From the NCBI GenBank assembly GCA_007693605.1, contig REDG01000044.1:1-40186 (forward strand): a DNA stretch of 40,186 nucleotides. The letters run 5' to 3'. Within the stretch, counting starts at the first letter, position 1. Every line of letters starts with the position of its first letter. This stretch comes from Bradymonadales bacterium. Its GTDB lineage: Bacteria; Bdellovibrionota; UBA2394. Positions 32,777 to 40,186 of the stretch are shown here, in pieces. Position numbers and translations under genes: made by a program. The notes under the pieces are model-generated. The model saw only the letters and a list, made by a program, of their open reading frames with translations, made no database searches and was not told where the DNA came from.

Positions 32777-33787
32777 TTGAGGCTGATGAGGGTTCGGGGA
32801 GCGATCGCATATCTACTATTATTCCTTTCTGCTTTGTTCGTTCGGCCTTTGGAGGGCAATAACTTAGCTTTCACCCCATTCCACAACCCCTGCAATCTTA
32901 TGGTTCAGGCGCTTAGCTCCTCTGAAATGCAGCGGGCTCGACAAGTCCTTGCAGAGGACAACTTTGTTGCGCGGCCACACTACCGAAGCCCTTCGTACTT
33001 TATAGAGGCTTCGGGCGAGAAGGAGATTGAGAAGATCGTCTCTGAGCTGTTGGACGGCCTAGAGCCAGACATTGAGCGGCTTGTGTTTATAGGGCGATCC
33101 ATGAGCGGAATTCAAGCCTATTTGAGGGGAAGGGCTCTGCACGATACGACGCTACCACCCGTCACAGACTTTCCGTTCTCCATTGGCCGCTCAAATCAGG
33201 CCATTTCAAACGAACAGCGAGTGGGCCTCCGAAGGCATCTTGCCGAACATCAATTGGACCCCATGACTCTTCGCTCTCAGTCGGGAAGAGTCCTTCTTTT
33301 GGACTTTGTCTACTCGGGCTCCAGCCTTGTCAGCTTGTTGGCAGAGATTTCGAAATGGGCTGATGAACTCCAACTGAACTCAATGCTTTCTCAGAAGATA
33401 GCCATTCAAGCCTACTATCCCGCAAGACTTTTGGCGGCCACTCATCTGCGCGGAATTGCCCGAGAGTCAGCGCGGGAGTTGGGGCAATGGGTTGAACCGA
33501 CAGAACTCGAGATTGAGGAGGCAACATTAAGGCTGCGGCTTCCGAGAAAAGATGAAATCAGAGCTCTAGCGAGCCAAGTCCGCGCCACAGCCATTTCAGA
33601 CGAACTCTATGTTTACGCCGGAATTCATGGGCCACAAGCTCAAGCTTCATTTACGCCCGATCTATGGGTATCAGGAACAGGCCCGAACGACTCGTTTGAT
33701 GCTCGAGCCCTTACTGAACTAGAGTACTTGTTTAGTTTAGGTGCTCGCTCCAGCAGTCCTATCGGAGCATTGCTCAGCGAGCCTTGA
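32777..33787 (+). CDS. Hypothetical secreted protein with a PRTase-like motif
   Basis: Signal-like N-terminus; LVFIGRS and VLLLDFVYSGSS. Confidence 0.6.
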   Translation: MRLMRVRGAIAYLLLFLSALFVRPLEGNNLAFTPFHNPCNLMVQALSSSEMQRARQVLAEDNFVARPHYRSPSYFIEASGEKEIEKIVSELLDGLEPDIERLVFIGRSMSGIQAYLRGRALHDTTLPPVTDFPFSIGRSNQAISNEQRVGLRRHLAEHQLDPMTLRSQSGRVLLLDFVYSGSSLVSLLAEISKWADELQLNSMLSQKIAIQAYYPARLLAATHLRGIARESARELGQWVEPTELEIEEATLRLRLPRKDEIRALASQVRATAISDELYVYAGIHGPQAQASFTPDLWVSGTGPNDSFDARALTELEYLFSLGARSSSPIGALLSEP

Positions 33788-35167
33788 AGCCTTGGTCGCC
33801 TTGTGAATCTTGTAGACCTTTAGCTTGGTATACAAATGAGAGCGGTCCATCCCAAGCTCAGCCGCCAGCTTTGAAATATTGCCTTCGCAGCGTTGATACT
33901 CATCGACAAGAATCTTTCTCTCAAAGGCCGCGACTCTCTCATAGAGCTTTCGATTTCCAGAATCCTCAACTGGCTCCCAATCACTCTCAAGCTGCTCTCC
34001 CAAAATCTGGGCAGGCAAGTCTTCTGTGTCAACGACATGCCCGTCAATGACGGCGGTCAAATACGCAATCATATTGCTCAGCTCTCGCACATTCCCCGGC
34101 CATCGATAGCTCTTCATGGTGGCCATCGCCTCGTCGGTAAAGCTGATTCTCTTTTCTCCTGAAGCGTGTTTTTCACAAAAGAAATCCACCAACTCGGCAA
34201 AGTCTTGCATTCGTTCTCTAAGCGGGGGCACGAAGAGAGGAACAACATTTAATCTCTGATACAAATCTTCTTTAAACTTCCCCTCTTTTACCAAATCCAA
34301 AAGGTTCTTGTTCGTGGCACACACAACTTGAAACTCCAGTGGAATGACCCGCGAAGAGCCCAGTCGAGTGATTTCCTTTTCTTGAATAACCCGCAGCAAC
34401 TTCGCTTGAATCTCTAAGGGCATATTGGCGATCTCATCGAAGTAGATCACTCCCCCGTTTGCTTCTTCAAACGCCCCTTTTCGAAACTCTGTCGCTCCGG
34501 TGAACGCGCCTTTTTCATGACCAAACAGCAAACTCTCGGCCACCGTGCTCTGAATGGTAGAGCTGTCAATCGCCACAAAGGGCTGCAAATTGCCTTTGGC
34601 GTCAGTTGGACGAAGCGATCTCGCAACGACTTCTTTCCCCGTCCCAGTCTCTCCCGTAATCACCACATTGACCCAAGAATTTTTGACCTTTTCGATCATT
34701 CTTCTCAACTGCTCGATCTTGGGATGAGTCCCGATCAATGATTTGCCTTGATGTTGCTTTTTGGTCTCGGCCTGAGCCTGTTCATTCTTTTCAACAAGCT
34801 GCTGCATCTCAAGCACCCGCTTTAGACTGTGGAGCAGGTCTTCAGGCTCTGAATCTTTTGGAATGTAATCAATCGCACCTAGGCGCATCGCCTCGCGAAT
34901 CACATCGAAGTCACGAAGCCCGCTGGCCATGACGATTGGAATCTCGGGGTCGGCTTCTCTTAGTTGGGGGATATACTCTAGGCCTTCTGTCTGGGTGCGC
35001 ATTCGCACATCTAGGAGGATGATCTGAAACCGCTGACTCTTCACAAGAGTCAGTGCGTCGTCACCGTTCCCCGCAAACTTCACTTCAAAGTGGTCGCGAA
35101 GAAAGGCTCGCATTGAAAGTTGAAAAATTTCCTCATCATCGACAATCAAAAGTTTTGGCTTGCTCAT
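33737..35167 (-). CDS. Sigma54-dependent response regulator (NtrC family)
   Basis: Receiver LIVDDE/LLD; GETGTGKE; GAFTGA; WPGNVREL; Fis-type HTH. Confidence 0.95.
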   Translation of the reverse strand: MSKPKLLIVDDEEIFQLSMRAFLRDHFEVKFAGNGDDALTLVKSQRFQIILLDVRMRTQTEGLEYIPQLREADPEIPIVMASGLRDFDVIREAMRLGAIDYIPKDSEPEDLLHSLKRVLEMQQLVEKNEQAQAETKKQHQGKSLIGTHPKIEQLRRMIEKVKNSWVNVVITGETGTGKEVVARSLRPTDAKGNLQPFVAIDSSTIQSTVAESLLFGHEKGAFTGATEFRKGAFEEANGGVIYFDEIANMPLEIQAKLLRVIQEKEITRLGSSRVIPLEFQVVCATNKNLLDLVKEGKFKEDLYQRLNVVPLFVPPLRERMQDFAELVDFFCEKHASGEKRISFTDEAMATMKSYRWPGNVRELSNMIAYLTAVIDGHVVDTEDLPAQILGEQLESDWEPVEDSGNRKLYERVAAFERKILVDEYQRCEGNISKLAAELGMDRSHLYTKLKVYKIHKATKASRLAEQCSDRTAGAST

Positions 35168-35392
35168 TTAACCGCCTCCTTAGCCCCTTTTTAAAGAGGC
35201 GTCAAAGGGGGCAGCTCCGATTCCTGCATCCCATTCTGTGAGCCGCCACTGAGGCTCTTCTCGTTATCGATGAAGGGATGTGAAAGAGGGTGGGTTGGGG
35301 CCTGAATGCCCCATGAGGCTCGAGTCTGCAAAAATTTCTCGCCGAATAGGCCGCGAATTTCGGCCCTAGGAGGGCTGGTCAGCTCAGAGATC

Positions 35393-35408
35393 TGGCCCCT
35401 GTCTTGCA
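35393..35408 (+). promoter_or_regulatory. Possible sigma54 (-24/-12) promoter
   Basis: TGGCCC-CTGTC-TTGCA, with GG-N10-GC spacing. Confidence 0.4.
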
Positions 35409-35441
35409 CCTTTGTTCAGACAGGTGCGCTTATATCGTTTC

Positions 35442-36659
35442 ATGCTACTCCAAGTTCTTGTGGGCTGTCTGTCTGGCTTTCTGCTCACGCCCAGCTTTGC
35501 AGAGAGCCCAAGTGAGCTTGATCAGGAATTCTGGGAGCTCTTAAACTCCGATCTCTCCCAGCCAGATGCTTGGGCTAGAAACATGAAAGCCTTTATCCAA
35601 AAGATTGACCTCTCGGATATGCCGGACTACCGCTCACTCCCCCCTTTTGAAGAAATCAGCTCGCAGTCTTTTGAAGTAAGTGAGGCTCGTCGCCGCTTCT
35701 ACAATGCCTTCGTGAGATTTAGATCGGAAGATGGCCAGCAAACGGCCTGGTATATACAAACCAGGCTTCCCCAGTATGTTGACCAAATTCTCGAAGAGAC
35801 TAAAAAGGCAGTCTGCCACTCTAGTGAACCTGCCGAGCCGTTTTTTGATGGTGTGAGGGGCCAACTACCTCAACGGCCGACTTCAAGGCCAACGAACAAA
35901 GAGCCAGAACAAATCAGTGCCGAGTTGATGGAGGACTTTCGAAGAATCCAAGAATTGAATTTGTCGGGAAGATACAAACTAAACACGAGTAATGGACGGA
36001 TAGCTGCAAGAAATGAGTTGTGGTCCAAAATTCACGAATGGCACAAAGGGGACGATGAGCGGGCGATTCAATTGGCTGTCGCCATTACGCTCTACGGAGA
36101 GTTTAGAGGCCATTGGCGAGATGCCCATGGCTATTACTTTATGAAGGTCGTCGAAAATCGAAGAGATCAGAATTTCAGAGACTACTTTGAGCATGATTAT
36201 TATACGGAGACCATCACCCTAAGACCGGATCGCAGGCCGATTAGTGAGGGCTGGCTTGTGGGCACGGTCGCACCCTATGCATTAGAGCCCAACACCATGA
36301 CCACCTGGCACTCCATCGAGGGCGGAAGAAATCTTATGGATATTCTGACCATGGACTTGGATAACTTTGTCAATAGAACGGCCCTCAATCGAATCGCCAG
36401 TTTTATCGGAGACTATTGGGCCGGCAACTATGAAATGACGGAAAACTATCCGGACATAAATGAACTGACCTCTTACGATTCTCCACGCCATCCAGGGGTC
36501 CAAGAGGAAAGCGGAAACATGCATGTCTTGCGACCACTCCCTGAGATCAAAAACTCTCGAACCGGCAAAGCTTCATCCGTCAACCCCGACAGCTTCCGCC
36601 CCGGAGACGACAAAACCGTCCGAGAAAAGCGGCAGCCCGCAAAGACCCCTAGAATGTGA
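35442..36659 (+). CDS. Secreted protein with a SleB/Hydrolase_2-like motif
   Basis: Signal peptide ending PSFA; LAVAITLYGEFRG...VVENR. Confidence 0.6.
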   Translation: MLLQVLVGCLSGFLLTPSFAESPSELDQEFWELLNSDLSQPDAWARNMKAFIQKIDLSDMPDYRSLPPFEEISSQSFEVSEARRRFYNAFVRFRSEDGQQTAWYIQTRLPQYVDQILEETKKAVCHSSEPAEPFFDGVRGQLPQRPTSRPTNKEPEQISAELMEDFRRIQELNLSGRYKLNTSNGRIAARNELWSKIHEWHKGDDERAIQLAVAITLYGEFRGHWRDAHGYYFMKVVENRRDQNFRDYFEHDYYTETITLRPDRRPISEGWLVGTVAPYALEPNTMTTWHSIEGGRNLMDILTMDLDNFVNRTALNRIASFIGDYWAGNYEMTENYPDINELTSYDSPRHPGVQEESGNMHVLRPLPEIKNSRTGKASSVNPDSFRPGDDKTVREKRQPAKTPRM

Positions 36660-36679
36660 TCTCTTTGGTGGGGATCGAT

Positions 36680-36758
36680 CAGCATTACCTGGATCAAGTT
36701 ATAGAGTCGCCGAGTTCACTCGGCCTCTCAGCCACCAATCAGTGGCTCCCCTGTGTAT
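36680..36758 (-). promoter_or_regulatory. TPP riboswitch-like aptamer, 3' part degenerate
   Basis: Minus strand reads AGGGGAGCC..GGCTGAGAGG..GACTCT..AACTTGATCCAGGTAATGCTG; the expected CGNAGG is absent. Confidence 0.7.
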
Positions 36759-36977
36759 CTGGATCATGTACAATCGAAAGCCCTCTGCCCGTCAGTTTTC
36801 TATAACTGACGAACGAGCTTATTCGGATCTCAGTGAAACCCCAAAACAACTATACAATCCTTAAGAGAGCCGAATCCGTCCATCGATAAATGGCCGGGTT
36901 AGAATAAAAAACATTATAAAACAGTATGAATAGAATTTTATACCTAACTAATTGTTATTTAATATTTATTTAAAAGG

Positions 36978-37013
36978 TTGAATAAAATTATATAAACTAA
37001 TATAGTATATATA
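36978..37013 (+). promoter_or_regulatory. Sigma70 promoter with overlapping palindrome in an AT-rich tract
   Basis: TTGAAT-17-TATAGT-6-ATG; imperfect inverted repeat 36989-37013. Confidence 0.6.
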
Positions 37014-37573
37014 TGAGAAAGCTCCCCTATTTCAACCCAATTGAGTTGATGAAAGAGTTTGATGAGTTTCTGTCTGCCCAAAGCCACAAGTTTGAGGCGG
37101 TCCTCATCGGATCCGGGGCAATGAATATTCTCGGGCTATTGGAGTCGAGAACTGTCGACTTAGACATTCTTGATCCGAAAATCCCGCCCCAGATTCTTAA
37201 GCTTGCTCTCGATTTTCGTGAATTGAAGCTGTCACAGGGTGTTGAGCTGCAGGAGAGTTGGATTAACAATGGTCCTTCCTCATTGCTCAATCATCTTCCA
37301 AAAGATTGGAGCACACGAGTTCAACCTCTATTCAAAGGAAAGGCCCTCACACTGGTCACCCTTGGTCGCCAGGAACTCTTCATGGATAAGCTCTGGGGGT
37401 ACTGTGACACTCGTACGGCAGATAAAACGGTAATTCTGAACCTTCGGCCTACGCGCAAGGAGCTTAAAACTGCTGCGGAGTGGGTTAAAAAACAAGAGGG
37501 CAACCCTGAATGGCCAAAACATGTTGATGATTGCGTGGCAGACATCGAAGAGGCGCTGGCATATGAAGAATAA
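37013..37573 (+). CDS. Pol-beta-type nucleotidyltransferase (DUF6036-like)
   Basis: LIGSGAM...RTVDLD; WINNG. Confidence 0.78.
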   Translation: MRKLPYFNPIELMKEFDEFLSAQSHKFEAVLIGSGAMNILGLLESRTVDLDILDPKIPPQILKLALDFRELKLSQGVELQESWINNGPSSLLNHLPKDWSTRVQPLFKGKALTLVTLGRQELFMDKLWGYCDTRTADKTVILNLRPTRKELKTAAEWVKKQEGNPEWPKHVDDCVADIEEALAYEE

Positions 37574-38291
37574 TCAGCTCTTTCACATCAAGACAGGTCA
37601 AGATCTTGCCAACGACTTTCATGCGATTGGAGCTAACTTCGCGGCGGACGAGAAGCGCACTGACCCAAATATTGAAGCGACACTTGTGTCCGCCTCCATT
37701 GAGGGCATCCATATGGATGATCATCGTTTTCGAGGAGTTTTGGTTGATTGGATTGATGCCCATTCACTTCGCATTAATGTCGAAAGCTTGACGAGACTTG
37801 TTCGCCAGTTGCCGGAAAAGGAATACAAATTTGTTCTAATCTTTTGGAGCGCTATAGCGCAAAGGCTCGCGAACTCAGACCCTCGCTTTCGTCGCTTAGC
37901 GGGCCTTTACAAGGGAAAGAGGCTCGACTTTCTAGACCGAAACATGAAAGGCGAAGAAAAGCGCATCACAGACATGTTCATTGACTTAAAGGGTCTGGAC
38001 GAACGCTTCGAGGGCACCTGTATTAGAGCGCCAAAAAATGCTTTCCCGCATCGCCCGTCTCAGATTTTCAAAGCCGCCTCAATAGCCAAAACTCACATGC
38101 CATTTCGCTACCGAACGATGATGGGAGCAAGTTTTCGTGCCGATGTATGGGCCCTACTTAGAAGAAAACCAGACACCACCGCCTATCAACTTGCAAAACT
38201 CGTTGGATGCTCAACCACAACTGCCTTGAGGGTAAAACATGACTATGAGATCCTAAAGAGAGACTACTCTAATCGATCTCGTGCCGCTTGA
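37563..38291 (+). CDS. Hypothetical protein with C-terminal HTH; likely partner of the nucleotidyltransferase
   Basis: Overlaps the upstream gene by 11 nt; TAYQLAKLVGCSTTTALRV is HTH-like. Confidence 0.7.
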   Translation: MKNNQLFHIKTGQDLANDFHAIGANFAADEKRTDPNIEATLVSASIEGIHMDDHRFRGVLVDWIDAHSLRINVESLTRLVRQLPEKEYKFVLIFWSAIAQRLANSDPRFRRLAGLYKGKRLDFLDRNMKGEEKRITDMFIDLKGLDERFEGTCIRAPKNAFPHRPSQIFKAASIAKTHMPFRYRTMMGASFRADVWALLRRKPDTTAYQLAKLVGCSTTTALRVKHDYEILKRDYSNRSRAA

Positions 38292-38402
38292 GGTTCCAAA
38301 AGTAGCTCCACAAAAGAGGTGTTCAGCCGACGAATATCAGGAGTAGGCAGGTGAGCAAAGGCCTGGGCATCCCGACATTTTTTACCGCCCCCACTGGACA
38401 TA

Positions 38403-39176
38403 TCAGCGAGCTCGAAGGTTTAGATTTCCACTGACGCTTCGAGCCTCGATTCTCATGGCTCCAGAGCCCACAGTTCCATCCATTCGACGCGACCCCGGGG
38501 ACCTTCGCTCAACGACTTCGCTCCAGTCTGATTTCATTCTGCCCGAGACACTGCGAGCCGAGACTCGAAACTCCTGTGATCTGTCCATCTCAAGATCGAT
38601 GCTGCCAGAGACAGTGTCGACTCTCAGCTCCTCTGGCGAGATTTCTGGGAGCCGAAGCTTAATATCTCCTGAAACAGAATTTAGGCGAAGACTTCGAGGG
38701 CTCAGATCTCTTAGGTCAATATCGCCGGACACGGTGTTTACCTGAAGAGTTTGAGCCAGGCTCCGAGGCAGCCTAAGCTCCAGTCTCGCCTCTCGACTTG
38801 AAGCTCGGCGAGAATTCCGATAGGCCTCCTTAGCGACGACGAGCCTCCCGCTACGAACCTCAGCGTATAGGGCTCTCTCTCCAGAGTTCGACACTCGGCC
38901 CACAAATTGGAGCTCGATCTCTTCTCCTTCATGATGGTCGATTGAGACATCAGCACTCACAAAACTCAATTCAATCTCTTGAATCTCAGAAGCAGGAAAA
39001 GAATATGTCTCATCATATTGACGGAGCGTTCGATCTTCTGGACGCATATTGTCTACCAAAGACAGGGGGAAGTTCATTTGAGTGCCCTCACCCGAAATGG
39101 ACGCCAACCCAAAGGATACCGCCAAACAGGCGAGACTCGCAGCTCCAAGAACAAATAAAATACCTAACTTACTCAT
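38403..39176 (-). CDS. DUF4097 beta-strand repeat protein
   Basis: Repeated [TS]VSG[DSRN] motifs; N-terminal TM helix. Confidence 0.85.
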   Translation of the reverse strand: MSKLGILFVLGAASLACLAVSFGLASISGEGTQMNFPLSLVDNMRPEDRTLRQYDETYSFPASEIQEIELSFVSADVSIDHHEGEEIELQFVGRVSNSGERALYAEVRSGRLVVAKEAYRNSRRASSREARLELRLPRSLAQTLQVNTVSGDIDLRDLSPRSLRLNSVSGDIKLRLPEISPEELRVDTVSGSIDLEMDRSQEFRVSARSVSGRMKSDWSEVVERRSPGSRRMDGTVGSGAMRIEARSVSGNLNLRAR

Positions 39177-39768
39177 AATGAGGATCTCCTTTTTTGTTCA
39201 GAACAAAGTTAAAATTCCAACGAAAGTAACGAACAAGCAGATTCACCAAGACTTCAGTAATCAGCCAAGTGGCGTAAGCCCAAAGAAGACTAAAAAAGAA
39301 GGCTGACAAAATGAGAAAGAGCGTTGAAAAGCTTCCGACGCCGAGGTTTAGGGCAAGGGCTTGAGTCCAAAACCAAACAACAAAGCCGTAGACACTTGTG
39401 CCGAGAAACACCGCGCCTAAAAGCCAGCCCACAAAGAGGCAAGAAGCAACTATCAAAAATGGTCCGAAGAACAAGAGAATATTCAGTGGAGCCAGAATGA
39501 ACACCGCCTTTAAACTCCCCACCAGAACCTTTGACCGATCTTTAGTGGAACTCGATCCACTCAAGCTTTCGAGTTGCTCTTGCGCGACATGAGATTGGGC
39601 GAGAACTTTTGGATTTCCTAATCGCTTGCAAATCTCTGCATCTGCGTGACCTCGAGATCGACCCGCATCGCAGTGTTCGCGGTAATCTGCAAGGATGACT
39701 TCCATACTCGTCTTGGGAAGAGACTTTAGGCCTGATTCCAGTTGCTCGATAAATTCTTATTCAGTCAT
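39169..39768 (-). pseudogene. DUF1700/HAAS membrane protein with a nonsense codon at position 4
   Basis: ATG ACT GAA TAA, then EFIEQLESGLKSLP...ILADYREH...LGNPK in frame. Confidence 0.7.
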
Positions 39769-40070
39769 TTTAATATCCTCGATACATTTGAGATAAATTC
39801 GTTCCAGTCTTTCATCAACCGCCTCAACGCCTTCTGCCCCTCTTTCGAGATGCGATAGTACTTCCTCGGAGGCCCACCCGACGACTCCTGCAAATAGGTC
39901 TCGCAGTAGCCATCTAAAGTGAGTCGACGAAGAATCGGGTAGATACTCCCCTCAGTGATGTCGATCGTCTTCGACATCTCCTCCACGAGTTCGTAGCCAT
40001 AGCAATCTTTCCGATTGATCAGGCTCAAAACACAGAGCTCCAGAATGCCTTTTTTAAACTGAGCGTTCAT
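39765..40070 (-). CDS. PadR family transcriptional regulator
   Basis: KKGILELCVL, YGYEL, EGSIYPILRRL, GPPRKYY. Confidence 0.95.
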   Translation of the reverse strand: MNAQFKKGILELCVLSLINRKDCYGYELVEEMSKTIDITEGSIYPILRRLTLDGYCETYLQESSGGPPRKYYRISKEGQKALRRLMKDWNEFISNVSRILK

Positions 40071-40092
40071 ACAAGATACAATCTATCAACCG

Positions 40093-40113
40093 GTACTGTG
40101 TATTGTATAGTAC
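40093..40113. promoter_or_regulatory. Possible PadR autoregulatory operator
   Basis: GTACT-N11-AGTAC just upstream of padR. Confidence 0.4.
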
Positions 40114-40186
40114 TTAATTGCTGTTTTTTGATTATCCCCTTAAACCCCCGGAATGCCTGAAAATTCTGAGAGGAGCGTATCTCTCG

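Overview
Compact bacterial chromosomal window, mostly housekeeping genes. Gene content suggests a Bdellovibrionota/deltaproteobacterium-like organism (inference). In order: archaeal-type topoisomerase VI (top6B/top6A); an Opp-type ABC locus lacking ATPase genes; RNase P RNA; tRNA-Ile(CAT); a MazF-type toxin-antitoxin pair; the minus-strand run rho-rpmE-prfA-prmC-murA-hisD-like-rpsU-yqeY-dnaG-rpoD; ligA; a Ser/Thr kinase; an HpnB-like glycosyltransferase; three degenerate metal/redox membrane genes; an NtrC-type regulator divergent from a SleB-like secreted protein; a nucleotidyltransferase + HTH pair; and PadR-DUF1700-DUF4097. The best unannotated signals are: (1) a dispersed family of structured elements sharing a 23-28 nt terminus, with compensatory base-pair changes between copies and different internal cargo in a third member; (2) an orphan, 3'-damaged TPP-riboswitch-like aptamer pointing antisense into a gene; (3) an enlarged RNase P RNA with extra helices; (4) apparent pseudo-enzymes (HisD, P1B-ATPase, CcmH-like); (5) a recurrent leaderless promoter layout. 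All calls were made by eye; no searches were run.
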